DNA of 57,311 bases, taken from positions 1-57,311 of the forward strand of contig JBGPVC010000002.1 in the NCBI GenBank assembly GCA_041491485.1, written 5' to 3'. The translations under genes were made by a program, and so were the position numbers. Below the pieces are notes generated by a model that did no database searches, was not told the DNA's origin, and worked only from the letters and a program-made list of their open reading frames with translations. This DNA is from Candidatus Limnocylindria bacterium (lineage in GTDB: Bacteria > Chloroflexota > Limnocylindria > Limnocylindrales > CSP1-4). Position 1 is the stretch's first letter. Each line of letters begins with the position of its first letter. Below are positions 38,685 through 48,394 of this stretch, one piece after another.

Positions 38685-39847
38685 GCCGGATCCTCGTCGC
38701 GATGTCGGGCGGGGTGGACTCGTCGGTCGCGGCGGCGCTGCTCCACCGCCAGGGTCACGAGGTGGTCGGCGTCTGGATGCGCCTTCACGACGTGGCCGAC
38801 ACGTACTCGGAGTTCAAGAAGAGCTGCTGCTCGCTCGACGCGGCCGATGACGCGCGACGGGTGGCCGCCCAGCTCGAGGTCCCGTTTTACGTCATGAACC
38901 TCGAGCGGGAATTCGATGACGGGGTGCTGCAGCCCTTCCTGGATGCCTACCTCGACGGGCGGACACCGTCACCCTGCGTGGACTGCAACACCTACGTGAA
39001 GTTCGGGGCGTTGCTCGGCCGGGCCCGTCACCTCTACGACTGCGAGGCCGTGGCGACCGGCCATTACGCGCGACGCGACGTCGGGCCAGGTGGTCGGGCA
39101 CGCCTCCTGAAGGCGCGCGACGCCGAGAAGGACCAGACCTACTTCCTGTACGGCCTTCGCCAGGACCAGCTGGAGCATGCCCGCTTCCCGCTCGGCGAGC
39201 TGACCAAGCCCGAGGTCCGTGAGATCGCCCGCTCGCTCGGCCTGGCCACCGCCGACAAGCCCGAGAGCCAGGAGATCTGCTTCGTGCCGGGCGGCGACTA
39301 CCGGGACGCCCTTCGCGAGCGCGCCGGCTGGCAGCCAGCGTCAGGGCCGATGATCGACCAGGACGGCATGACGGTCGGCGAGCATGCCGGCGTCGCGGCC
39401 TACACGATCGGGCAGCGGCAAGGGTTGGGGGTCGCCCTCGGCGAGCCCCGCTACGTCAGCCGGATCGATCCGCTCACGAACACCATCACGCTCGGGCGAC
39501 GCCAGGACCTCGAGACGACCGAGATCGAGCTCGAGCGAGCGAGCTTCATTGCCGGTGGGCCACCCCGGGGCACGAACCCCTTCCGGGCCGAGGTCAGGAT
39601 CCGCCACCGGACGACGCCGATCGCCGCCACGGTCAGGCCGGCGCGGGCTCGGGCGACCGAGGGCGACGACCGGCCCGGATCGCGGTGGCTGATCGAGACC
39701 GACACGCCGGTCTGGGCGGCGGCGCCGGGCCAGGCCGCCGTCCTGTACGACGGCGAGGTGGTGCTCGGAGGGGGTCGCATCGCTCGACCGCGGGCGCTCG
39801 GGGAGGCGGCTCGGGTCGAACGCGACCTCGTCAGCGTCGGCGCGTGA
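38681..39847 (+). CDS. mnmA: tRNA 2-thiouridine(34) synthase MnmA
   Basis: [48 protein letters not shown]. Confidence 0.95.
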   Translation: MSRILVAMSGGVDSSVAAALLHRQGHEVVGVWMRLHDVADTYSEFKKSCCSLDAADDARRVAAQLEVPFYVMNLEREFDDGVLQPFLDAYLDGRTPSPCVDCNTYVKFGALLGRARHLYDCEAVATGHYARRDVGPGGRARLLKARDAEKDQTYFLYGLRQDQLEHARFPLGELTKPEVREIARSLGLATADKPESQEICFVPGGDYRDALRERAGWQPASGPMIDQDGMTVGEHAGVAAYTIGQRQGLGVALGEPRYVSRIDPLTNTITLGRRQDLETTEIELERASFIAGGPPRGTNPFRAEVRIRHRTTPIAATVRPARARATEGDDRPGSRWLIETDTPVWAAAPGQAAVLYDGEVVLGGGRIARPRALGEAARVERDLVSVGA

Positions 39848-40122
39848 GCCTCGACCCGTCGATCATCCTGGCCGTCCTGCTCGGCGTATTCCACGCGTCG
39901 CTGTACGTGCTGATCCGCGGCAGCGCCGGAGGTCGGCTGCCGATCATCATCGTCGCCGCGATCCTGGGGGCGTGGGCGGGCGACGCCCTGGGTGATCGCC
40001 TTGGGATCGACCTGTGGTCGATCGGCGACTTCCGGCTTGTCGCGGCTTCGATCGTGGCCTGGGTCGGGATCGGCATCTCCGCCACCGTCGCCGTTCTTGG
40101 CCCCACGGGGAGGGGAGCGTGA
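39844..40122 (+). CDS. small membrane protein (92 aa)
   Basis: GTGA overlap with the mnmA stop. Three hydrophobic helices. Confidence 0.5.
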   Translation: MSLDPSIILAVLLGVFHASLYVLIRGSAGGRLPIIIVAAILGAWAGDALGDRLGIDLWSIGDFRLVAASIVAWVGIGISATVAVLGPTGRGA

Positions 40123-40259
40123 GCCCAACCGAGCCAGCTGATCGCTCCGTGGCCAGCTTCCTCCGCGGATTGACGATCGGGGCCCTGATCGGCGCGATCA
40201 TCGCCGGCTCGTCGCTCTGGTCCCGGCGTCGGCGACGCCGAACACGGGGCGGCGCGTAG
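40119..40259 (+). CDS. small membrane protein (46 aa) with a poly-Arg tail
   Basis: GTGA overlap with the preceding ORF. TM LTIGALIGAIIAGSSLW followed by RRRRRR. Confidence 0.35.
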   Translation: MSPTEPADRSVASFLRGLTIGALIGAIIAGSSLWSRRRRRRTRGGA

Positions 40260-40272
40260 GCGAGGGACCGCC

Positions 40273-40644
40273 TCAGGCCGCCGCGTTGGCCAGCAACACG
40301 ACGGCCAGCGCGATCGCCGCGGGAGTCGCCTGCACCAGCAGGATCCGGCGGTTGACCGTGGCCGCCCCGTAGAGACCGGCGACGATCACGCAGGCCAGGA
40401 AGAAGATCCGCACCTGGAACCCGACCGGATCGCCGGCCACGGCGCCCCACAGCAGCCCCGCCGCGAGGAAGCCGTTGTACAGGCCCTGGTTGGCGGCCAA
40501 CGGTGCCGATCGCTCGGCGAACGCCTCGTCGGTGCCGAATGCCCTGCGGCCACGGGGAGTGCGCCAGAGGAACATCTCGAGCACGAGGATGTAGCCGTGC
40601 AGCAGGGCGACCAGCACCACGAGGACGGTTGCGAGTGCCGCCAC
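40273..40644 (-). CDS. DUF1304-like membrane protein
   Basis: GTG 40642-40644 preceded by GGAGGTG. LHGYILVLEMFLW...ANQGLYNGFLAAGLLW. Confidence 0.65.
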   Translation of the reverse strand: MAALATVLVVLVALLHGYILVLEMFLWRTPRGRRAFGTDEAFAERSAPLAANQGLYNGFLAAGLLWGAVAGDPVGFQVRIFFLACVIVAGLYGAATVNRRILLVQATPAAIALAVVLLANAAA

Positions 40645-40794
40645 GCGCGCACCTCCAGATTCTGGATCCGCTGGAACGCGTTCCTTGTCCGCTCGTCGGC
40701 GTCCTCGATGTCGAGCGATGCTAGCAGCCGCTGAAGGCCGCCGGGACCCTCGGGGTCGTGGGCTCGGGTCCCCGGTTGAGTACCATTGCGAGCG

Positions 40795-43578
40795 ATGCCA
40801 CCTCCCGTGCAGATCCCGGATTCGCGGATCGTGGCGTTGCCCGCCGCTGAGATCCGTCGCCGGTTCGTCGAGTTCTTCGCCGAGCGCGGCCATGCCGTGG
40901 TGCCCAGCGCCAGCCTCGTCCCGGCCGGTGACGCCACGTTGCTCTTCACCAACTCGGGCATGGTCCAGTTCAAGGACGTCCTGATCGGCGCGGAGACTCG
41001 CTCCTACACGCGGGCCGTCGACTACCAGCGCTGCCTGCGCGTCGCCGGCAAGCACAACGACTTCGAGGAGGTCGGCCGCACGCCGCGCCATCACACCCTG
41101 TTCGAGATGCTCGGTAACTGGAGCTTTGGCGACTACTTCAAGCGCGAGGCGATCCAGTGGGCTTGGGACTTCCTGACCCGCGACCTGGGGATCCCCGGTG
41201 ACCGGCTGGCGGCGACCACCTACACCGACGACGAGGTGGCCTGGAACATCTGGCGCGACGAGATCGGCCTGCCGCCCGAGCGCATGGCGAAATGGGGCGA
41301 CGTCGACGCCGGCGACGACCACAACTTCTGGCGGATGGCCGACACCGGGCCGTGCGGGCCGTGCAGTGAGATCCACTTCGACCGTGGCACCCAGTTCTCC
41401 GAAGGCCCCGAGTGCGTGCCCGACCACAGCGAGCACTGCCCGCGCTGGCTCGAGATCTGGAACCTCGTGTTCATGGAGTTCGACCAGCGCCCCGACGGGC
41501 GCGTCCCGCTGCCCTTCACCAGCGTCGACACCGGGATGGGCCTCGAGCGGCTGGCCAGCGTCCTCCAGCAGGTTCCCACCAACTACGACACGGACCTGTT
41601 CACCCCGATCCACGCCCGGATGCGGGAGCTGATCGGCCACGACCCGGAGGCGTTCGAGGCCGAACGATTCAGCTACCAGGTGATCGCCGATCACTCACGG
41701 GCGGTCACCTTCCTCATCGCCGACGACGTGCTGCCGTCCAACGAGGGGCGCGGCTACGTCCTGCGCCGCATCCTGCGCCGCGCAGCGAGGCATGGTCGGC
41801 TTCTTGGCCGGAATGACCCGTTCCTTGCCGACGCCGCCGCCGTAGTCATCGACATCATGCGCGGGGCCTACCCGCATCTTGAACTGCGGCGGGAACAGAT
41901 CCTGAGCGTCATCGCGCACGAAGAAGCCCAGTTTGCGAGGACTCTGGAGAGGGGCCTCCACCTACTCAACTTCGAGCTCGATGACGAACTGCAGGCACGC
42001 ACCCCAGGTCGCGCGTTCATGAAGGGTGCCGCTGTCGTCGGGCAGAGGGTCGAGGATCTTGCTCCAGATGCACCAACCTACCGCGGTGATCTCGCGTTCC
42101 GACTCTTCGACACGTATGGGTTTCCAATCGACCTGACCGAAGAACTAGCCGCGGAGCGCGGATTCCGCGTAGACCGCGCGGGCTATGACGCAGCCCTTGA
42201 GGAGCAGCGAAACCGGAGCCGGTCGGGCAAGAAGGCCGAGCTCGCGAAGCACGCCGAGCTTGCCGGGTTGTACGGCGCGATCCAGGCCCACCACGGCGAC
42301 ACCCGGTTCCTCGGCTACGAGGCCACGACGGCCGACGGGCGCGTCATCGCGATCCTGCGCGACGGGATGGAATTCGAGGAGCTGACCGGTCATGGCGAGG
42401 CGGAGATCGTCCTCGACCAGACCCCCTTCTACGGCGAAGGTGGCGGCCAGGTCGGCGACCGCGGGCTGCTCCGGGAGCCGGGCGGGGGCAGCGAGCTGTT
42501 CACGGTCACCGATACGCAGAAGCCGGTCGGTGGGCTGATCGTCCACCGGGGCCGGCTCCATGGGCGCCTGCGCGTTGGCGAGCCGGTCGAGGCGGTGGTG
42601 GATGCCGAGCGTCGCGCCCACACGATGCGCAACCACACCGGCACGCACCTGCTCCATCGTGCCCTGCGGAACGTGGTCGGGGAGCGAGCGCGCCAGGCCG
42701 GGTCGCTGGTGACGCCCGAGTACCTGCGCTTCGACTTCCCGTTCGATCGCGGCCTCTCGGACGACGAGCTGCGGGCCATCGAGGACGAGGTCCACCGCAT
42801 CATCCGCCACGACCGGCCCGTCTCCGTCGCATTCATGAGCATGGGCGAGGCGATCGAGGGTGGCGCGGACGCGTTCTTCGACGAGAAGTACGGCGAGACC
42901 GTCAGGACCATCCGGGTCCAGGACTACAGCTTCGAGCTGTGCGGCGGCACCCACTGCCGCGCCAGCGGCCAGATCGGCGGCTTCCTGATCACCGGCGAGC
43001 GGAGCATCGGCTCGGGGATGCGCCGGATCGAGGCCGTCACCGGCGCCGCTGCCGACGCACTCGTCCGGGAACGGTTCGCGCTCCTGGAGCGGGCCGCCGC
43101 GGTTGCCGGCGCCCAAACGCCCGACGTGCTACCCGACCGAATCGCGACGATCCAGGGCGAGCTGCAGGAGACACGGCGCCGGCTCAAGGCGGGCGCCGCT
43201 GGCCCGGGGATCCCGAAGCCCGGCGAGCTCGCGGCGAGTGCCGGCGAAGTCGTGCCGGGCGTCCGGCTCGTCGCGGCGGCCGTGCCCTATGACTCGATGG
43301 AGGCGCTCAAGGGCGCCGCCCGGGACGTGAGCGGAGTGCTGGGCTCCGGCATCGTCGCTCTTGCCCTCGACGCCCCCGAGCCACAGCTGTTCGTCACGGT
43401 CTCGGAGGACCTGGTGGCCCGAGGAATCTCCGCCGGTGAGCTGGTCACCGCCGCGATGCCCTCGATCGATGGCCGCGGTGGCGGCCGGCCGGCGATGGCG
43501 CAGGGCCGCGGCACGCGGCGCGAGGGACTCGGCGCGGCCCTGGCCGCGATCCGGGCGCGTCTCGAGACCGGAGCCTGA
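40795..43578 (+). CDS. alaS: alanine--tRNA ligase
   Basis: FVEFFAERGHAVVPSASLVP, FTNSGMVQFKD, HHTLFEMLGNWSFGDYFK, and the editing-domain HTGTHLLH motif. Start ATG 40795 (TTG 40786 is also possible). Confidence 0.95.
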   Translation: MPPPVQIPDSRIVALPAAEIRRRFVEFFAERGHAVVPSASLVPAGDATLLFTNSGMVQFKDVLIGAETRSYTRAVDYQRCLRVAGKHNDFEEVGRTPRHHTLFEMLGNWSFGDYFKREAIQWAWDFLTRDLGIPGDRLAATTYTDDEVAWNIWRDEIGLPPERMAKWGDVDAGDDHNFWRMADTGPCGPCSEIHFDRGTQFSEGPECVPDHSEHCPRWLEIWNLVFMEFDQRPDGRVPLPFTSVDTGMGLERLASVLQQVPTNYDTDLFTPIHARMRELIGHDPEAFEAERFSYQVIADHSRAVTFLIADDVLPSNEGRGYVLRRILRRAARHGRLLGRNDPFLADAAAVVIDIMRGAYPHLELRREQILSVIAHEEAQFARTLERGLHLLNFELDDELQARTPGRAFMKGAAVVGQRVEDLAPDAPTYRGDLAFRLFDTYGFPIDLTEELAAERGFRVDRAGYDAALEEQRNRSRSGKKAELAKHAELAGLYGAIQAHHGDTRFLGYEATTADGRVIAILRDGMEFEELTGHGEAEIVLDQTPFYGEGGGQVGDRGLLREPGGGSELFTVTDTQKPVGGLIVHRGRLHGRLRVGEPVEAVVDAERRAHTMRNHTGTHLLHRALRNVVGERARQAGSLVTPEYLRFDFPFDRGLSDDELRAIEDEVHRIIRHDRPVSVAFMSMGEAIEGGADAFFDEKYGETVRTIRVQDYSFELCGGTHCRASGQIGGFLITGERSIGSGMRRIEAVTGAAADALVRERFALLERAAAVAGAQTPDVLPDRIATIQGELQETRRRLKAGAAGPGIPKPGELAASAGEVVPGVRLVAAAVPYDSMEALKGAARDVSGVLGSGIVALALDAPEPQLFVTVSEDLVARGISAGELVTAAMPSIDGRGGGRPAMAQGRGTRREGLGAALAAIRARLETGA

Positions 43579-44840
43579 TGGCCTTCTGGCGGCGGATCTG
43601 GCAGCGTGACGGCGAGGAGGCCCTCGCCGCCTGCACCGCGCTCGACGTTGGGACCGAGTTCGCCAAGGCGCTCGTCTTCGACATCGACGGTGCCGGCCAC
43701 GGGACGGTTCGGGGCGTCGGTCGCAAGCGCCAGGGCCTGTCGCACATGCAGTCCGGGACCGTCGCCGACATCGCGGCGGTCGTCGACAACTGCGCGGTCG
43801 CCCTCCAGGAAGCCGAGGAAATGGCCGGCTTTCGCCCGACCCAGGTCGTCATCGGGATCGCCGGGGAGCTGGTCAAGGGCTTCACCACGACCCACTCGCA
43901 GGAACGCAAGAAGCCCGACCAGCCGATCACGGAAGCCGAGCTCCAGAAGCTGATCGACATCGTCCAGCGCGAGGCGCTGCTGGAGGCGGAGCGGGCGATC
44001 ACCTGGGAGACCGGCCTGCCGCACGTGGACGTCCGGCTGGTCCACGCCGCCGTCACCGGGGCCTCGATCGACGGGTACACCCTGACCAATCCGGTCGGCT
44101 TTCAGGGCCGCCATGTCAAGATCGGCATCTTCAATGCGTTCGCACCCCTCGTTCATCTCGGAGCGCTGCAGAGCGTGGCCTCGCAGCTCGACCTCGAGCT
44201 CCTCGAGATCGTGGCCGAGCCGTACGCCGTGGCGCGCGTGCTCGGCAGCGACCATATCCGCCAGGCGGGGGCGCTGTTCGTGGACGTCGGCGGCGGCACG
44301 ACCGATGTTGCCCTCGTCCGCAAGGGCGGGATCGAGGGGACGCGGATGTTCGCGCTCGGCGGCCGGGCCTTCACGAAGAGCCTGGCCGATCGGCTCGACC
44401 TGCCCTTTCCCCGGGCTGAATCGCTCAAGGTCGATTACGCGCGCGGCCTGGCCGTGGAGCAGGCGGACGCCGTGGCCCGAGTCATCGCCGACGACGTCCG
44501 TGTGTGGGCAGCCGGCGTGGAGCTGGTGATGGAGGAGCTCTCGGCGGGTGACCTGCTGCCCGGACGCATCTTCCTGTGCGGCGGCGGCTCGCGGCTGCCG
44601 GAGATCCGCGCGGCGCTGGCGGCGGAGCCGTTCTGGCAACGGCTGCCGTTTGCCAGGCCCCCGGAGATCACGATCATGGCGCCCGACCAGATTGACACGA
44701 TTACTGACGCCACCGATCTCCTCGTCGACCAGCAGGACGTGACGCCGCTGGGACTCGCCTACCAGGCGATCGAGCTGCAGACGAGCGAGGACGTGCTCGA
44801 TGCCGCGCTCCGACGGGTCCTCCGAGCGATGAAGGTCTGA
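43578..44840 (+). CDS. actin-fold ATPase of the FtsA/PilM/MreB superfamily
   Basis: Phosphate-1 ALDVGTEFAKALVFDI, phosphate-2 LFVDVGGGTTDVALV, adenosine motif IFLCGGGSRLPEI. Basic amphipathic C-terminus LRRVLRAMKV. The ATG shares 1 nt with the alaS stop. Confidence 0.75.
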   Translation: MAFWRRIWQRDGEEALAACTALDVGTEFAKALVFDIDGAGHGTVRGVGRKRQGLSHMQSGTVADIAAVVDNCAVALQEAEEMAGFRPTQVVIGIAGELVKGFTTTHSQERKKPDQPITEAELQKLIDIVQREALLEAERAITWETGLPHVDVRLVHAAVTGASIDGYTLTNPVGFQGRHVKIGIFNAFAPLVHLGALQSVASQLDLELLEIVAEPYAVARVLGSDHIRQAGALFVDVGGGTTDVALVRKGGIEGTRMFALGGRAFTKSLADRLDLPFPRAESLKVDYARGLAVEQADAVARVIADDVRVWAAGVELVMEELSAGDLLPGRIFLCGGGSRLPEIRAALAAEPFWQRLPFARPPEITIMAPDQIDTITDATDLLVDQQDVTPLGLAYQAIELQTSEDVLDAALRRVLRAMKV

Positions 44841-44844
44841 GCCG

Positions 44845-46560
44845 ATGGCCGGCGGGATCATCTACCTCGACATCGACGACGAGATCACCTCGGCCGCGGC
44901 TCGCGTGCGCTCGAACGATGCGCGACGGGTCGCCCTGGTGCTGCCCTTCGGTTCGCGGGTGGCGACCTCGAGGATCAACTTCCGGTTGCTGTCGCGGGAC
45001 GCGCTGATCAACGAGAAGCAGCTTGCCGTGGTTGCCGCCGATCCCGCGACGCGTGCGCTGGCGGCATCGGCCGGGTTGCCGGTCTTCAGCTCGGTCGGCG
45101 AGTACGAGTCGTCATTTGCCGGCCTGGAGGCCGAGCCCGAGGAACAGGAAGGTTCGACGGGAGTGGTCGCTGTGGCGGCACCGTCGCGTGGTGCCAGGCC
45201 GGCACCGACGATCGTCCCGACCGCGAGTCCCGTCGACGCGGCAGCCCTGCGCGGCGAGACCGTGCCGATCCGCGTTCCGCGTCCGCGGTCGGCCATGACC
45301 GACCGCTCGCCGGCTCCGGCGGGTCCACCCGCTCCGCCGACGTCGCCGTCGGCCGGGCCAGGTCGACGAGGCGGATCGCGGCTCCCGCTGGTCGTGGCGC
45401 TGGCCGTGCTGGCGCTCGTCGTGCTCGTCGGTGGCGTTGGCGCCTACGTCCTGCTCCCGTCGGCGACGATCCTGGTCACGCCGCGACCCGAGGCGCTGCC
45501 GCCGCTGACGCTCACCGTCAAGGCCGACCCGTCGGCGACAGCGCCGGACGCCGGTACGCTCGTGGTGCCCGCCATTCAGGTGCCACTCAAGGTGACGGTC
45601 ACCGACACCTTCCAGGCAACCGGCAAGCGGGTCGAGGAGGCCACGGCAACCGGCCAGGTCCGCTTCTCCAACCTCGACTTCCTGCGCACCAACACCGTGC
45701 CCGGTGGCAGCATCGTCAGCACCAACGCGTGCGTCCGCTTCCGCACGAACTCGACGATCACCGTTCCGAAGGCGGACCTCGTCGGGCTGACGGTCTTTCC
45801 CGGCCGGGCCTCGGTCGGCGTGACGGCCGTCGACCCCGGCGTCGCCGCCAACGTCGAACCGAACACGATCGTCATCGTGCCCAAGGGCGAGGATCCGCAG
45901 GCCCTCAAGGTCGTCAACCCCGATGCGACGAGCGGCGGGAAGCACGATGAGTTCCCCAAGGTGGCGCAGGCCGACGTGGACGCCGCGCTCAAGAAGCTGT
46001 CGACCGCGCTCGACGCGGCGTTCCAGGCCCGACTCGACGATCCCTCGATCGCCGCGCCCGGCGCCACGGTCTTCCGTGAGACCGCGGTGCTCGGCGACTT
46101 CACCCCGGACGTCGACCCGGCAACGCTCGTCGGCCAGGAGATCACCGCCTTCCAGCTCGGATTGAGCGCAACGGGTACGGTGATCGCCGTGGACTCGAGC
46201 CCGATCTCGTCGATTGCCGAGCAAGCGTTCCGCTCGACCGTGAGCGCCGACCACCAGCTCGTGGCCGGTTCGATCAAGGTCAGCGTTGGGGCCGCGACGG
46301 TCGCCGGGCAGGTCGTCAGCTTCCCGGTGACCGCGACGGGGCAGCAGATCGCGAAGCTCGATCCGGCCGCGCTCAAGCAGCTCGTGATGGGCAAGTCGCT
46401 CTCGGACGCCCGCGCCGCGCTCGCCGCCTACGGCGACGCGACCGTGACGGCCTGGCCGGACTGGGTCGGCACAGTCCCCACGATCGACAGCCGGGTGAGC
46501 GTCTCCGTCCAGGGCTCGGTGCCGGTCGAAACACCCGACTCATCGGTCTCCCCATCGTGA
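44845..46560 (+). CDS. bitopic membrane protein of unknown function
   Basis: Cytoplasmic ~90-aa N-domain (IIYLDIDDEITSAAARVRS...RVALVLP), a Pro/Ala linker, one TM (LPLVVALAVLALVVLVGGVGAYVLL), and a ~365-aa beta-rich ectodomain. Starts 4 nt after the actin-like gene. Its stop overlaps the ruvX start. Confidence 0.65.
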   Translation: MAGGIIYLDIDDEITSAAARVRSNDARRVALVLPFGSRVATSRINFRLLSRDALINEKQLAVVAADPATRALAASAGLPVFSSVGEYESSFAGLEAEPEEQEGSTGVVAVAAPSRGARPAPTIVPTASPVDAAALRGETVPIRVPRPRSAMTDRSPAPAGPPAPPTSPSAGPGRRGGSRLPLVVALAVLALVVLVGGVGAYVLLPSATILVTPRPEALPPLTLTVKADPSATAPDAGTLVVPAIQVPLKVTVTDTFQATGKRVEEATATGQVRFSNLDFLRTNTVPGGSIVSTNACVRFRTNSTITVPKADLVGLTVFPGRASVGVTAVDPGVAANVEPNTIVIVPKGEDPQALKVVNPDATSGGKHDEFPKVAQADVDAALKKLSTALDAAFQARLDDPSIAAPGATVFRETAVLGDFTPDVDPATLVGQEITAFQLGLSATGTVIAVDSSPISSIAEQAFRSTVSADHQLVAGSIKVSVGAATVAGQVVSFPVTATGQQIAKLDPAALKQLVMGKSLSDARAALAAYGDATVTAWPDWVGTVPTIDSRVSVSVQGSVPVETPDSSVSPS

Positions 46561-47027
46561 CGAGGCTGCTCGGAATCGATCTTGGCGAGCGGCGCGTCGG
46601 CCTGGCCCTGGCCGACCGTGATGGATCGGCGGCCCGCCCGCTCGCGACGATCCGCCGGGCCGCGAGTCTCGACGCCGACGCAGCCGCGATCCAGACGGTC
46701 GTCAGCCGCTACGACGTGGACGAGCTGGTGGTCGGCCTCCCGCTCGAGGCGGCCGGTGGCGAGGGCCAGCAGTCGTCCCTGACGCGAGCCTGGGCCGCCG
46801 CCGTTGCCGAGCGCCTGGACCTGCCGGTCACCCTCCGCGACGAGCGGCTCACGAGCCATCTGGCCGAGACCCGCCTCGGTCCCATGAAGCGCGGCCGGTC
46901 GGGCGGGCCGCCGAGCAAGACCCAGCGCGACGCGTATCGTGCCCGGGTGGACCGCGAGGCGGCCTCGATCATCCTGCAGGACGAGCTCGACGCGCGCGCC
47001 GTCGCGGTCCCGAAGGCCAGGCCATGA
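46557..47027 (+). CDS. ruvX: YqgF/RuvX putative pre-16S rRNA nuclease / Holliday junction resolvase-like
   Basis: LLGIDLGERRVGLALAD...ELVVGLPL...RDERLTS. Confidence 0.9.
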   Translation: MTRLLGIDLGERRVGLALADRDGSAARPLATIRRAASLDADAAAIQTVVSRYDVDELVVGLPLEAAGGEGQQSSLTRAWAAAVAERLDLPVTLRDERLTSHLAETRLGPMKRGRSGGPPSKTQRDAYRARVDREAASIILQDELDARAVAVPKARP

Positions 47028-48394
47028 CCATCCGATCCGGCCGCAAGCCGCGCGATCGCCGCGAGCAGCAGGCTCGACCCTACGATCCGGACGCCTACGC
47101 CACCGAGACGTCGCGTGACGAGGATCGGCTGCTCCGTCCCCTCGGCGATCGAGGCGGGTCGGGCCGCGGCGGGTTCACCGGCCTGTTGAAGTTCGCGGCA
47201 TTCGCGCTCGTGCTCGCGGCGATCGTCCTGACCGTGGCCCTTACGGCGCTTCGGCCGGCCATCAACAGCCTCGTGCTGAGTCTCGCCGAGGGCAACCCGG
47301 CGGCACTCCAGCTGCCCTTCGTCAAGGACATCGTCCGCGAGGACCTCGGAGCGGCGCTGACCACACCGGTGTCCTCGGATACCACCCAGGTCGAGTTCCT
47401 CGTCGAGCCGGGCGACACGGCGAGTTCGATCGCCGATCGCCTGCAATCGCAGGGACTGCTCGGCGACAGCCGGGCGTTCGTGTTCATCGCCATCGACCGG
47501 CAGCTGACCGGCGCCCTGCAACAGGGGACATTCGTCCTCCGGCGGAATCTGACGCCCGACCAGCTGGTCAGTGCCCTGCTCAATCCGCCGGTCGTGAAGT
47601 ACGTGGACATCGAGCTGCGGACCGGTCTCCGCCTGGAGCAACTGACCGCGAAGCTCGAGACCTTGACGGACCTGGAGATGGACCCGGAGGCGTTCTACAA
47701 CCTCGTCAAGTCGCCCCCGGCCAGCCTGATCGACGACTACCCGTGGCTCAAGGCGGCCCTCGCCGATGCTCCCGTGGGCGCCTCGCTCGAGGGGTTCCTG
47801 TGGCCGTCGAGCTACCGGGTGCTGCCGGACACGACACCCGAGGAGCTCGTCCGGCTGATGCTCGACAAGTTCATCGCGAATGTCGGCGAGGAGCGCCTGG
47901 CCGTCCCGGCAGGGCGCGGCATGACCTTCTACCAGGTCCTCGTCCTGGCCTCGATCGTGGAGCGCGAGGCGCAACTCGACGAAGAGAAGCCGCTGATCGC
48001 CGGCGTCTACGCCAACCGGCTCAACCCCAAGAAGTGGCCGCGCGACGTGCTCGAGGCGGATCCGACGGTGATCTACGCCCACGACACCGCGGAGCTGGCG
48101 AAGCTGCCCGTTCCCGACTGGCAGCAGTACCTCTTCTGGGGACCGATTGGCGGCGGGCTCGCCGACTTCCCGCTCCCGGCCGATGTCGCGAGCTACAACA
48201 CCTACAGCCACAAGGGCCTTCCCCCGGGACCCCTGTGCACGCCGACGATCGCGTCGATCGATGCGGCAATCGAACCCGACACCGGGACGGGCTATCTCTA
48301 CTTCGTGGCGAAGGGTGACGGCAGCGGCAGCTCGGCGTTCGCCAAGACGTTCAAGGAGCACCAGGCCAACATCGCGAAGTACCTCAAGCCGTGA
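47024..48394 (+). CDS. mltG: endolytic murein transglycosylase MltG (YceG-like)
   Basis: N-terminal TM. LASIVEREA, IAGVYANRL, EADPTVIYA, YNTYSHKGLPPGPLCTP. Confidence 0.9.
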   Translation: MTIRSGRKPRDRREQQARPYDPDAYATETSRDEDRLLRPLGDRGGSGRGGFTGLLKFAAFALVLAAIVLTVALTALRPAINSLVLSLAEGNPAALQLPFVKDIVREDLGAALTTPVSSDTTQVEFLVEPGDTASSIADRLQSQGLLGDSRAFVFIAIDRQLTGALQQGTFVLRRNLTPDQLVSALLNPPVVKYVDIELRTGLRLEQLTAKLETLTDLEMDPEAFYNLVKSPPASLIDDYPWLKAALADAPVGASLEGFLWPSSYRVLPDTTPEELVRLMLDKFIANVGEERLAVPAGRGMTFYQVLVLASIVEREAQLDEEKPLIAGVYANRLNPKKWPRDVLEADPTVIYAHDTAELAKLPVPDWQQYLFWGPIGGGLADFPLPADVASYNTYSHKGLPPGPLCTPTIASIDAAIEPDTGTGYLYFVAKGDGSGSSAFAKTFKEHQANIAKYLKP

